This document shows positions 10,348 to 20,900 of a stretch of 64,000 nt of DNA, in pieces. The notes below the pieces were generated by a model that saw only the letters and a program-made list of their open reading frames with translations, had not been told where the DNA came from and did no database searches. The position numbers and the translations under genes are program-made. Each line of letters starts with the position of its first letter. The stretch's first letter is position 1. Source of the stretch: Candidatus Nomurabacteria bacterium (GTDB lineage: Bacteria > Patescibacteriota > Minisyncoccia > Phycocordibacterales > UBA9973); the NCBI GenBank assembly GCA_023267195.1, contig JAHFNT010000003.1, positions 10,841 to 74,840 of the forward strand, given 5' to 3'.

Positions 10348-10537
10348 GGCGCCCTCCTTTCCGACCCGCCTTTCTTTGCGGATCTGTTGTTAGTCTACTC
10401 TTCTGTTGTCGACGAACCGACAACCGAAGAACCAGTAATTCCTTATGAGTATACCATAAAAAAGTAAAAAACACAATTGCAAGTGGATAACCTGTGGACA
10501 ATTTTTGCCGTATACTGTCAATGTTTTTGGCTCGAAT

Positions 10538-10586
10538 TCTCCCCTCTCCTTACTAAGGGGAGGGGTTTTGGGTAAGGTGAGTGGGG
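10538..10586 (+). repeat. G/C-rich palindromic repeat element, copy A (hairpin + G-tract tail)
   Basis: CTCCCCTCTCC-TTACTAA-GGGGAGGGG followed by TTTTGGGTAAGGTGAGTGGGG; same architecture as copies at 20331..20392 and 51797..51838. Confidence 0.5.
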
Positions 10587-10691
10587 CTATGGGAAAACAA
10601 TTTGCATTAAAACACACTCTGTGATAAACTTCTCTACGTACGAGTCCTGCGAAACAGGGCTTTATTTTTTACCAAAATTTAATAAAAATTT

Positions 10692-11858
10692 ATGTTAGAC
10701 ATCAAAACATTCAAATCAGCGCTGGAACAGTTAGAAGAAGAAAGGAAAATTCCAAAAGAAAAAATACTCGAAGCGATCGAGCAGGCGATGGCGGCGGCTT
10801 ACAAGAAGGATTACGGCAAAAAGGGGCAGATCATTCGCGCCAAGTTTGATATGGAAACCGGCAAGACGGATTTCTATCAAATCAAAATCGTCGTCGATGA
10901 AAGCATTGCGATTTTAGATGAAGAAAAAAAGGATGAGGGAGAATATTCAGTCAAAGAAGAAGGTGATGAACGCGTGCATTTTAATCCAGAACATCACATT
11001 CTGCTAGAAGATGCAAAGAAAATTAAAAAGGGAGTAGAACTCAATGACGAGATAGTTTTTCCGCTGGAAGCGAAAGATGATTACGGCCGTATCGCCGCAC
11101 AAACTGCCAAACAAGTTATCATTCAGAAAATTCGCGAAGCAGAACGCACCTCTATCATCGATGAATACGGCACCAAAGAAGGGGAAATCATTTCCGGCGT
11201 CGTGCAAAAAGTGGAAAGAGGCAATGTGTATGTTGATTTCAACCGCGCTACAGGCATTTTGCCAGCCGAAGAACAAATTCCAGGAGAATATTGGACCCGC
11301 GGACAAAGAGTACGAGCATACCTCTACAGTGTGGAAGACACGCCTAGAGGCATAAACTTGCGCCTCTCTCGCACTCATCCAAAATTTATCGAAAAACTTT
11401 TTGCCATGGAGGCGCCAGAAATAGAAAACGGGATTGTAGAAATAAAATCTGTCGCCCGCGAGGCTGGCGCACGTTCCAAGATTGCTGTTCATTCAAACGA
11501 TGAACACATTGACGCAGTCGGGTCTTGCGTCGGACAAAAAGGCACCCGAGTAAATACGATTACTGGAGAGCTTTCCGGAGAAAAAATTGATATAATTCCA
11601 TGGTCAGAAGATCCGAAACAGTTTGTTTCAAACTCAATTTCGCCAGCCAAAGTTATCTCAATTGAGATAGATGAAAAAGAGCACAAAGCAATAGTAGAGG
11701 TAGCAAATGATCAATTATCGCTCGCCATCGGCAAAGGTGGACAAAATGTGCGCCTAGCCGCCAAGCTTACCGGTTGGAGAATCGATATCAAAGGTGATGG
11801 AACAGAAGTCGCTAAATCAGACGGAGAAAAGGTGGAAATTTTAGAAGAGGAAAAATAA
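10692..11858 (+). CDS. nusA: transcription termination/antitermination factor NusA
   Basis: 388 aa; N-terminal domain, S1 domain and tandem KH domains (GKGGQNVRLAAKLTGWRIDIK). Confidence 0.9.
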   Translation: MLDIKTFKSALEQLEEERKIPKEKILEAIEQAMAAAYKKDYGKKGQIIRAKFDMETGKTDFYQIKIVVDESIAILDEEKKDEGEYSVKEEGDERVHFNPEHHILLEDAKKIKKGVELNDEIVFPLEAKDDYGRIAAQTAKQVIIQKIREAERTSIIDEYGTKEGEIISGVVQKVERGNVYVDFNRATGILPAEEQIPGEYWTRGQRVRAYLYSVEDTPRGINLRLSRTHPKFIEKLFAMEAPEIENGIVEIKSVAREAGARSKIAVHSNDEHIDAVGSCVGQKGTRVNTITGELSGEKIDIIPWSEDPKQFVSNSISPAKVISIEIDEKEHKAIVEVANDQLSLAIGKGGQNVRLAAKLTGWRIDIKGDGTEVAKSDGEKVEILEEEK

Positions 11859-11903
11859 ATTTATTATTAAATAATTTACCTCGCTCGGACGGGGAAAAAA
11901 CAT

Positions 11904-13925
11904 ATGAATCAATTTTTGTTGTTTGCAATTGTTAGCTCAGTTGTAGCTATTGTTTATGGTTTATTTTTAGCCAAATCAATTTTAAAAAAGAGCCCGGGCA
12001 ACGAGCGAATGCAAGAAATTGCTAAAGCGATTCAAGCAGGAGCCGGCGCTTACTTGAACAAACAATATAAGACTATCGGAATGATTGCGGTAGTGCTTTT
12101 CTTTGTTATTGGATTTAGTCTAGGCTGGACTATGGCTTTTGGATTTTTAGTGGGAGCGGTTTTTTCCGCACTCGCTGGATACATCGGCATGAATGTATCG
12201 GTGCGGGCTAATGTCCGCACTACGGAAGCGGCTAGGCAAGGTTTAAATAAAGCCCTTTCTCTCGCCTTTCAAGGCGGAACGGTTACTGGACTTTTAGTAG
12301 TAGGGCTTGCTCTCTTAGGAGTAACTTTATTTTATGCAATTACCAAGGACGTCAATGCGCTTATTGGGCTTGGTTTTGGCGCCTCTTTGATTTCAGTTTT
12401 TGCAAGACTTGGTGGAGGAATTTTTACCAAAGCAGCAGACGTGGGAGCAGATCTCGTCGGTAAATTGGAAGCTGGTATTCCAGAAGACGATCCGAGAAAT
12501 CCGGGGGTGATCGCGGACAATGTCGGAGACAATGTCGGAGATTGCGCTGGTATGGCCGCGGATTTATTTGAAACTTATGCTGTTACTTCAGTAGCCACCA
12601 TGCTTCTCGGCTCTTTGCTTTTTATTGGTTTTGAAAATGCAATTCTTTATCCGCTAGCTATTGGTGGCATAGCCATCTTCGCTTCCATCATCGGCACTTG
12701 GTTTGTGCGTTTAAGCAAACCAAAAAATGGAGAAAAGGCAAACATTATGGGCGCTTTGTATAAAGGCTTGATTGCTTCCGGTATCATTGCGGCAGCGGCG
12801 TTTTATCCCGTGACTAAATTATTAATGGCAGGCAATGGCAAATATGAAGTAATGGATTTATTTATTTGCTCGCTGGTCGGACTCTTGGTTACCGGCGCTC
12901 TCGTCGTTATTACCGAATATTTCACTTCTACCAAATACTCTCCCGTTAAATCAATAGCACTCGCTTCAGTCTCCGGCCACGGCACCAATGTGATTCAAGG
13001 TTTGGCAATTTCCATGAAATCTACCGCTCTTCCATTGATCACGATCGTTTCAGGAATATTGGTTAGTTATCAATATGGCGGACTTTATGGTATAGCAGTC
13101 GCGGCAATGTCTATGCTCTCCATGACTGGGATTATCGTAGCAATCGATGCTTACGGACCGATCACCGACAACGCCGGAGGCATCGCCGAGATGGCTGAAC
13201 TTCCAGAATCAGTGCGCAATGTTACAGATCCTCTCGATGCAGTCGGCAATACCACCAAAGCAGTAACGAAAGGTTATGCCATCGGTTCCGCGGGTTTAGC
13301 AGCTCTAGTACTTTTCGCTTCTTACACAGAAGAAATTATAAAAGCTGGTAAAAGCATAACTTTTGATTTAAGCAATCCATATGTAATCATTGGTTTATTT
13401 ATCGGGGGTCTTCTTCCCTACTATTTCGGAGCGCTTTGCATGGAAGCTGTAGGAAAAACTGCCGGAAAAGTCGTGGAAGAAATTCGCAGACAATTTAGAG
13501 AAATAAAAGGAATCATGGAAGGCAAAGCGAAACCAGATTACGCCAAAGCGGTTTCCATCATCACTGGCGCCGCGATCAAACAAATGATCTTGCCGGCCTT
13601 GATACCAGTTTTGGCACCGATTTTGGTAATTTTAATTTTTGGACAAGAGAATGGTTTGGTTGTTTTGGGAGGTCTGCTTGTCGGCTCTATTGTCACTGGC
13701 CTTTTTGTGGCAATTTCTATGACCTCTGGGGGAGGTGCCTGGGATAATGCCAAAAAATATATTGAACAAGGCAATCACGGAGGCAAGGGTGGAGATGCGC
13801 ACAAGGCCGCAGTAACTGGAGATACTGTCGGTGATCCATATAAAGACACAGCGGGCCCAGCTATAAACCCAATGATTAAAATACTAAATATCGTAGCTTT
13901 GCTTTTGGTAGCTTTCTTGGTATAA
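11904..13925 (+). CDS. hppA: membrane-bound proton/sodium-translocating pyrophosphatase
   Basis: 673 aa, ~15 TM helices, signature [21 protein letters not shown] and C-terminal [14 protein letters not shown]. Confidence 0.9.
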   Translation: MNQFLLFAIVSSVVAIVYGLFLAKSILKKSPGNERMQEIAKAIQAGAGAYLNKQYKTIGMIAVVLFFVIGFSLGWTMAFGFLVGAVFSALAGYIGMNVSVRANVRTTEAARQGLNKALSLAFQGGTVTGLLVVGLALLGVTLFYAITKDVNALIGLGFGASLISVFARLGGGIFTKAADVGADLVGKLEAGIPEDDPRNPGVIADNVGDNVGDCAGMAADLFETYAVTSVATMLLGSLLFIGFENAILYPLAIGGIAIFASIIGTWFVRLSKPKNGEKANIMGALYKGLIASGIIAAAAFYPVTKLLMAGNGKYEVMDLFICSLVGLLVTGALVVITEYFTSTKYSPVKSIALASVSGHGTNVIQGLAISMKSTALPLITIVSGILVSYQYGGLYGIAVAAMSMLSMTGIIVAIDAYGPITDNAGGIAEMAELPESVRNVTDPLDAVGNTTKAVTKGYAIGSAGLAALVLFASYTEEIIKAGKSITFDLSNPYVIIGLFIGGLLPYYFGALCMEAVGKTAGKVVEEIRRQFREIKGIMEGKAKPDYAKAVSIITGAAIKQMILPALIPVLAPILVILIFGQENGLVVLGGLLVGSIVTGLFVAISMTSGGGAWDNAKKYIEQGNHGGKGGDAHKAAVTGDTVGDPYKDTAGPAINPMIKILNIVALLLVAFLV

Positions 13926-13969
13926 TCTATTTGGGTCCGATTATTAATCTAAATATAAGAAAAATACTT

Positions 13970-14893
13970 ATGAAAAAATACTTAAGTCTATTTATTGTTT
14001 TATTAATGGCATTTGCTATAAATGCCAACGTTTCAAGGGCAAGAGATGATGAATCTTTTGACGCTTCTGGTAAAGAAAAGGTCCAAGTTGAAACTAATTT
14101 AAAAATCGGGGTAAATGTTTCCGATGAAGATAGTCAAGATAACAGTAATGAAGATGAAGATAAGGATGGGGTTAATGATACTGAAGACAGGGATGACGAT
14201 GATGATGGCATATTAGACATCAAAGACCTCAAACCACTGGATCATGACAACGATGGTATTGATGATGCAAAGGACGAAGATGATGATAATGATGGCATAT
14301 TAGACATCAAGGATTTGAGTTTGTTTGACCGTAACAATGATGGCATCAAAGACAAAGAGGCTTTAGACATCGAAGCAAAAACAAGAACTGAGGCTGCTCG
14401 GGAAGAAGCCAAGAAAAAATTAGAAGCTTTGCGAGAAAATTTAAAAGAGGAGAAAGATGAAGCCAAAGCAAAAATCAAAGAATTAAGAATCACCGGGAGA
14501 GAGAAAGCGTTGGAGCGATTTGATAATGCAGTCGAAAGAATTAGTGAATTAAAAGACAAGGTAAACGAAAAAATTGTTAAATTGGAAGCAAAAGGGGTAG
14601 TTGTAGTGGAGGCAAAAGCTTTCGTTGCCTCAGCTGAAACAAAATTGAATGAGGCTAAAGCAAAAATTACTGAAATTAATACTGTACTGGCTGCGTCGAT
14701 TACTGAACTTTCTCTAGAGAGTAAAACAAAATTAAGAACTCTGGCGCAAGAAACTCAAACTCTCCTTGTGGAAGCGCATAAAGCATTAAGGGATGCGGTT
14801 AAGTCACTCAAGGATGCTGTAAAGGTAAAAATTGAAGCAAATGCAAACCTAAAGGTATCAGAAAACAATGATAAAAATGAAGGTAGTAATTAA
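13970..14893 (+). CDS. secreted protein with thrombospondin-type-3-like calcium-binding repeats and coiled-coil C-terminus
   Basis: ORF 13931 begins with TTG; ATG at 13970 gives signal peptide MKKYLSLFIVLLMAFAINA; repeated DxDxDGxxD motifs (DKDGVNDTEDRDDDDDGILD, DHDNDGIDDAKDEDDDNDGILD); Lys/Glu-rich coiled-coil tail. Confidence 0.55.
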   Translation: MKKYLSLFIVLLMAFAINANVSRARDDESFDASGKEKVQVETNLKIGVNVSDEDSQDNSNEDEDKDGVNDTEDRDDDDDGILDIKDLKPLDHDNDGIDDAKDEDDDNDGILDIKDLSLFDRNNDGIKDKEALDIEAKTRTEAAREEAKKKLEALRENLKEEKDEAKAKIKELRITGREKALERFDNAVERISELKDKVNEKIVKLEAKGVVVVEAKAFVASAETKLNEAKAKITEINTVLAASITELSLESKTKLRTLAQETQTLLVEAHKALRDAVKSLKDAVKVKIEANANLKVSENNDKNEGSN

Positions 14894-14921
14894 TATTTTA
14901 TAAATTAAATTATTCAACACT

Positions 14922-15140
14922 ATGGAACCAGATAAAAAATCAAATGGAGCGCTTGTGGGCTTAGTAGCAATAATAATCATTTTGGTGCTGGGTGGAGTAT
15001 ATATTTGGATGTCTAACAAAAATCAACCAGATAATTCTGGAGCTCTTTCAGATCAAGATTCTGCTGCTCTAGATGCTTTAGACCAAGATGCAGCCAGTGT
15101 AGATGTAAATACTGGAGTAGATGTAAACGCCTTGCAGTAA
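14922..15140 (+). CDS. small membrane protein (single TM, Asp-rich tail), hypothetical
   Basis: 72 aa, TM helix LVGLVAIIIILVLGGVYIW; position in gene-dense strand-consistent block. Confidence 0.4.
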   Translation: MEPDKKSNGALVGLVAIIIILVLGGVYIWMSNKNQPDNSGALSDQDSAALDALDQDAASVDVNTGVDVNALQ

Positions 15141-15229
15141 AAATATTTAGAGTTAACCTAAAAAATCCCATCATCAAAAATGATGGGATTTTTTGACAAA
15201 AAACCTAAATAAATATAAACTGAAAATCT

Positions 15230-16291
15230 ATGAAAATAACAGTAAAAAAATTGCCAAAAAGCGAAGTGGAGATTGAGGGCGAACTCGAGGCGGATAAGTT
15301 TGAGTCTTATTTTGCCCAAGCGTTAAAAAAGGTAGGGGAAAATCTGGAATTGGATGGATTCAGAAAAGGCAAGATACCGGAAAGTGTTTTGCTGTCCAAG
15401 GTACCTGAAATATCTATCTTGGAAGAAATGGCACAGCTGGCTCTGGGAGAACACTACCCCAAAATTCTAGAAGATGAAAAGATAGACGCGATCAGCCGGC
15501 CGGAAATCTCGATTACTAAATTAGCGCGCAAAAATCCGCTTGGTTTCAAAATCAAAACTGCCACCCTGCCCGCCATAAAACTTCCCGATTACAAAAAAAT
15601 TGCCAAGAATATAATTTCAAAAATAACTGACGCTGAAAAAAATGTAACAGTTACTGAGGAGGACCTAGAAAACATGATAATAGATATTAGGAAATCTCGC
15701 GCACCGAAAGTGCACATGGCGGAAGGAGCCGACCCTGTGCACAAAGAGGGAGAAACCCATCCAGAACCCGAGTTGCCAGAATTCAATGATGAATTTGTAA
15801 AAGCGCTTGGCCCTTTTAAGGATGTGGCAGACTTTAAAGAAAAACTTAAAATAAATTTAAAACTAGAAAAAGAAAACACACAGAAAGAGAAAACCAGGCT
15901 GAAGATAATTGACGAAATAATTGAAGGCAGCACGCTTGATTTACCTGAAATTTTAGTTGAAATTGAGCTGGATAAAATTTTATACCGAATGGAATCAGAT
16001 ATTGCTCAAATGGGTCTTCAGTTTGACGATTATTTAAAGCACCTGAACAAAACAAAGGATGATTTGCGAAAAGATTTTCGTAAAGACGCAGAGAAAAAAG
16101 CTAAACTCGCTCTGGTTTTGAATGAAATATCTAAAGTTGAAAAAATAGTTGCTGATTCGGAACAAGTAGCTAAAGAGGTGGCCGCTATTTTGGAACAATA
16201 CAAAGAAGCAGATCCGGAACGTGCTCGCATGCACGCCGAGCAAGTTCTAACCAACGAAAAAATCTTTCAGTTTTTAGAAACCCAACAATAG
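15230..16291 (+). CDS. tig: trigger factor (short form lacking recognizable PPIase domain)
   Basis: 353 aa; N-terminal ribosome-binding signature GFRKGKIP; C-terminal helical arm domain; no FKBP-like block. Confidence 0.7.
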   Translation: MKITVKKLPKSEVEIEGELEADKFESYFAQALKKVGENLELDGFRKGKIPESVLLSKVPEISILEEMAQLALGEHYPKILEDEKIDAISRPEISITKLARKNPLGFKIKTATLPAIKLPDYKKIAKNIISKITDAEKNVTVTEEDLENMIIDIRKSRAPKVHMAEGADPVHKEGETHPEPELPEFNDEFVKALGPFKDVADFKEKLKINLKLEKENTQKEKTRLKIIDEIIEGSTLDLPEILVEIELDKILYRMESDIAQMGLQFDDYLKHLNKTKDDLRKDFRKDAEKKAKLALVLNEISKVEKIVADSEQVAKEVAAILEQYKEADPERARMHAEQVLTNEKIFQFLETQQ

Positions 16292-16292
16292 G

Positions 16293-17015
16293 CTATTTTG
16301 GGAGATCTTTCTTCTTTGTATAGGCTTCTATGTCTATGAGCACTAGATGAAATTCTGTACCCCGTCTAACTATCATAAAACTGTTCCATTTTAAATCGTG
16401 CGGAATTATTCCATTCTCAAGAAAAAGTTTTCTTAATTCATCGGCTAGTCTTATAAAAATTTGTGGATTTTGGACGTCAACTCCTTTTATATTTTTATAC
16501 ACGGCATACTTCTGGGTAGATTCTTTGTCAACGAATGCCGCAATTGGCTCTGCAAGCTCAAGCCCAGCATAACCATACTTTTTTGCTAATTTCTGAAATA
16601 CGCCCTTGGAAATTATTTCTTTTATTTTTTCTGATAAAGTAATTTCATTTAATACACTGGCTCGAGCATAGATGGACTCCGTGTCAAAGTCGGAGCGAAA
16701 TGTTGGGTTGATGGGATTTATTTTAGACCGACCTCGAGCAAAATCTATATGTTCTTTTGTCCCACCTTTTTTATCTTTTACATAAAATCGCGCTCTTGTG
16801 TCAGAATCTTTAACCTGTCTAATTTTTTCTAATAAAACATCAAAGTCAACTGGATTCTTTTGCGCTATTTCGTGTTTAATAATCTCAAGAACAAGATCGC
16901 GATCTTTCGGCGATGGATAATCTAAATTAAGGACAACATCAACTCCCGGCAGGTGTTCAATTTTATAATTGCCTTTTAATTCCTTTTTAGGTGTGCTTAA
17001 TTCAAGTGTCTTCAT
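16293..17015 (-). CDS. small protein-kinase-like-fold phosphotransferase (APH/Kdo-kinase-like motifs), hypothetical
   Basis: 240 aa; catalytic-loop-like HDLKWNSF (HxDLKxxN) and LVLIDIE (IDxE) resembling aminoglycoside/Kdo kinase motifs. Confidence 0.35.
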   Translation of the reverse strand: MKTLELSTPKKELKGNYKIEHLPGVDVVLNLDYPSPKDRDLVLEIIKHEIAQKNPVDFDVLLEKIRQVKDSDTRARFYVKDKKGGTKEHIDFARGRSKINPINPTFRSDFDTESIYARASVLNEITLSEKIKEIISKGVFQKLAKKYGYAGLELAEPIAAFVDKESTQKYAVYKNIKGVDVQNPQIFIRLADELRKLFLENGIIPHDLKWNSFMIVRRGTEFHLVLIDIEAYTKKKDLPK

Positions 17016-17040
17016 ATATTAGACATACCAAAAACGTAAA

Positions 17041-17958
17041 TTATAATCCAAGTACATAAAGTAACAAGACCATGCGGATATAAAGTCCATTTTGGGCTTG
17101 GCGGAAATAGGCGGCGCGGGGATCAGAGTCAACTTCTAATTCTATTTCATTTATTTTTGGCAGTGGGTGCATAATAATCGCGTTTTTTTTCATATTTCTT
17201 AAATGCTCTTTTTTGAGTACAAACAAATCTTTCACCTTTTCATAATCTATCGGGTTGGTGAAACGCTCTTTTTGTACACGAGTCATGTATAAAACATCCA
17301 ATTCAGGCAATTTCTCTTCCAAACTTCTAAGTTCTTCCAATAAAACTCCCTGGTCTTTTAGATCTTTAACAAATTCTCTCGGAAGTTGCAATTCTTTCGG
17401 CGATATAAAATAAAATTTATTGCCCTCATATAATCGCAGGAGCGGAACCAGAGATTTAAGCGTACGGCTGTTTAATAAATCTCCCCCAAAACCAATATTT
17501 AAATTATCAAGCCTGCCGTGCTCCTTTTTTATCGTATAAAGATCAAGCAGTCCTTGAGTGGGATGTTGGTTATTTCCATCGCCAGCATTGATAAGTGGCT
17601 TGGTGGCAACTTTTGCCGCTTTTTCAAGTGTTCCTACTGCAGGATGGCGAATCACAACAACATCTGCATAGGAGCAAAGAATTTTTGTTGTATCTTCAAT
17701 GGTTTCACCCTTGTGGGCCGATGAATTTTCCATTGCGTTTTCAGCAGAAATAACTTGCGCCCCCAATTTGAGCGCCGCTGTTTCAAAAGAAAGCCGGGTT
17801 CTTGTGGAAGGCTCAAAAAAGACACAAGCGATTATTTTATTTTTTAATAATTGATTCACGTTACCATTCTGAACACTCTCTTCCACAGCCTTGGCACGAG
17901 ACAAAATTTTTTCAATTTCACTTTTATTAAATTGACTAGCAGAAATTATATTGGGCAT
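17041..17958 (-). CDS. pyrB: aspartate carbamoyltransferase catalytic subunit
   Basis: 305 aa; STRTR carbamoyl-phosphate motif, HPTQ, HPLP; last gene of pyrC-carA-carB-pyrB operon. Confidence 0.85.
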   Translation of the reverse strand: MPNIISASQFNKSEIEKILSRAKAVEESVQNGNVNQLLKNKIIACVFFEPSTRTRLSFETAALKLGAQVISAENAMENSSAHKGETIEDTTKILCSYADVVVIRHPAVGTLEKAAKVATKPLINAGDGNNQHPTQGLLDLYTIKKEHGRLDNLNIGFGGDLLNSRTLKSLVPLLRLYEGNKFYFISPKELQLPREFVKDLKDQGVLLEELRSLEEKLPELDVLYMTRVQKERFTNPIDYEKVKDLFVLKKEHLRNMKKNAIIMHPLPKINEIELEVDSDPRAAYFRQAQNGLYIRMVLLLYVLGL

Positions 17959-17962
17959 AATT

Positions 17963-20900
17963 TTAATTATTTAAATATTCTCTAAAAGATTTGATTTCCA
18001 AACTTTGGATCGGGTAACGAGCTAAAGCTTTGATAAAAGCTCGCGCCAAATGTAAATCAGTAAATAATGGAATTTGGCTATCGACCGCGGCCCGGCGAAT
18101 GCGAAACCCGTCGGTAACCACATGGTTCCTATCGCCAATACTTGTCTCCCCGGTAATTTCAGTCTTACTTAAATTTACCACAAAAGAAACTTTTTTGTTT
18201 TCAATAACATCGAGTGCATTGGGCGAATGCTCAAATGCTTTACGCACAACTGTGCATTTTATATTTTGTTTCTTGAAAAATTCTGCAGTCGTGTCGGTGG
18301 CAAAAATTTTATAATGGAGGGCAATCAATATTTGAGCTGTTTCTAAAAATTTAGCCTTGTTCAGCTCGCCTCCCAAGGAAAGCAAAACATTTTTATTTTT
18401 AAAATCAAATTTATTCGTGCTCAAGATTGACTTGAGAAGCGCTTCATCGTAATCTTTGCCAAAACAAGCCGCTTCTCCAGTGGAAGACATTTCTACTCGA
18501 AGCACCGGATCAGCCCCGAGCAATCTCCCAAAGGAAAACTGAGGAGATTTAACTAAGACACTTTTGGGATAAACAAAATTATGGATTTTAGCGCGGCCAA
18601 AAAAACTATCTACGGCTATCTCAGGAAAATTGGCATCCATCGCCTTAGAAAGAAATGGGAAAGTCCGGCTAGCTCTCGCATTGACTTCAATCACAAATGG
18701 TCTATTGTCCTTAACGAGAAATTGAATGTTGAATGGTCCGGTAATAGAAAGCTCGCGCGCGATTTTTTTAGAAATTTCACGCAATTGGAATTCTGTAGAA
18801 GCATAAACTCTCTGCGTGGGATATACGATAGTCGCATCGCCGGAATGAACTCCGGCATTTTCCACGTGTTCAGATATTCCATAAATCATCAGGTTGCCAT
18901 CTTGAGCCACAGCATCAAACTCAAGTTCTTTTGCGTTCTCAATATATTTGGAAATAGTTACAGGATGAAGCGGAGATAAAATAGCCGCTTTCCCTATAAA
19001 ATTATGGAGTTGTTTTTTGTTATAGCACACACGCATAGCCGAACCGGAAAGCACGTAAGAAGGACGAACTAAAACCGGGAATCCTTCTTTTTTTGTAAAT
19101 GAAAAAGCCTTTTCCATAGACGAAAAACTCTGCCACTTTGGCTGAAGTATGCCTAGTTTGTCCAATAGTGCCGAAAATTTATTGCGATCTTCTGCTCGGT
19201 CTATATTTTCAGCACTAGTTCCTAAAATATTAATACCAGACTGAGAAAGTTGTTTGGCTAAATTATTTGGTCTTTGTCCGCCGACAGAAATTATCAACCC
19301 TCCACTATTTTCAAATTCAAAAATATCAGCCACTGTTTCAAAAGACAAATTTTCAAAATACAATCGATCAGACATGTCATAATCAGTAGAAACAGTTTCA
19401 GGATTGCAATTCACGATAATAGATTTTTTGTTGTGTCGTTTAAGAGCCAACCCAGCATAAACAGAGGACCAATCAAATTCCACCGAAGAACCGATGTGAT
19501 ACGGACCGCTTCCTAACACAATAATTGCATTTTTCCCTAATGGAGATGTGTCATGGTGACTACCATGATAAGTCAGATATAAATAATTGGTTTTTGCCGG
19601 CACTTCTCCCGCCAAAGTATCAATGGCAAAAACAAAGGGTTTAATTCCTAACCGAATGCGCAATTGTCTAATTTCCAATTCTTTTTTATTGCACAAAAGG
19701 GCAATTTTCTTATCAGAAAAACCAACTCGTTTCAACTCCATCAAAGCAACTTTGTCTAAATTTTTATGTTTCAATAGCTTTTTTTCTGTATTTACAATAT
19801 TTTCTATGCGATATAAAAACCAAGGATCAATTCCGGTGATCTTATGAATTTCTTCTACACTCATCCCCCGCTTAATACTTTCGGCAACAGCGAATATTCT
19901 GTTCGGGGTAGCAGTATTTAAAAAATATTTCAGATCCTCGCCTGCTTTTGTTCTGGCAAACTTATCATCTCTAAAAAAGTTATCTGTAACGCTTTCCTGG
20001 AGACCAGACTGCATACGTACTGCTTTTTGAAAAGCTTCTTCAAAAGTTCTCCCGATAGCCATTACTTCACCCACTGATTTCATCGCGCTGCCGATATGCA
20101 GAAGCGCGCCATCGAATTTCACCAAATCCCATCTCGGCATCTTCACTACTATATAATCAAGCGCCGGTTCAAAGAAACTTTGAGTCACCTTGGTAACTTT
20201 ATTTTCTATTTCGAGTAAACTATATCCGAGAGCAAGTTTGGCGGCTACATAAGCAAGCGGATAACCAGTGGCCTTGGACGCAAGCGCGCTTGACCTAGAA
20301 AGACGCGCGTTGACTTCAATTACAAAAAAATCCACCCCACCCTTCTCCCTCCCCTGCGAAGGGGAGGGTTGGGGAGGGGTCGGGTTAAGCGCAAATTGCA
20401 CATTGCATTCCCCAACTATTTCCAAACTCTGCACTATTTTTATGCTTGCTTCTCGGAGCTTATGATATTCCTCGTTATTTAATGTTTGGCTGGGCGCTAC
20501 GACTATGGAATCCCCTGTGTGAATTCCAAGCGGATCTAAATTTTCCATATTGCATACTGTTACTATATTTCCAAATTGGTCGCGTACAACTTCGTATTCT
20601 ATTTCTTTAAAATGGTGCAGGTATTTTTCAATTAAAACTTGCGGAGATATTGAAAGGGCGCCTTTTACTATTTCCTCCAATTCTTTTAGAGAATTTACGA
20701 CGCCTGATTTCTGCCCTCCCAAAGCAAAAGCTGCCCTAACCATGAGCGGAAAACCAATTTTTTGGGCCACTATCTTTGCTTGCTTTAAATTGGTCGCGCT
20801 ACCAGACGGCGGAACCGGAATATTAATACTTTTCAAGTGCGTAGCAAACTTTTCTCTATCCTCCGTCAATAAAATTGAAGAAATCGGACTGCCAATAACT

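Noticed and set aside
9635-10617. Plus-strand and extra minus-strand ORFs inside and around the first GC-rich cassette (9635..10066, 10075..10467, 10187..10393, 10259..10501, 10390..10617)
   Set aside because: These are shadow ORFs of the 9568..10347 gene, with Arg/Pro/Gly-rich low-complexity translations and no SD.
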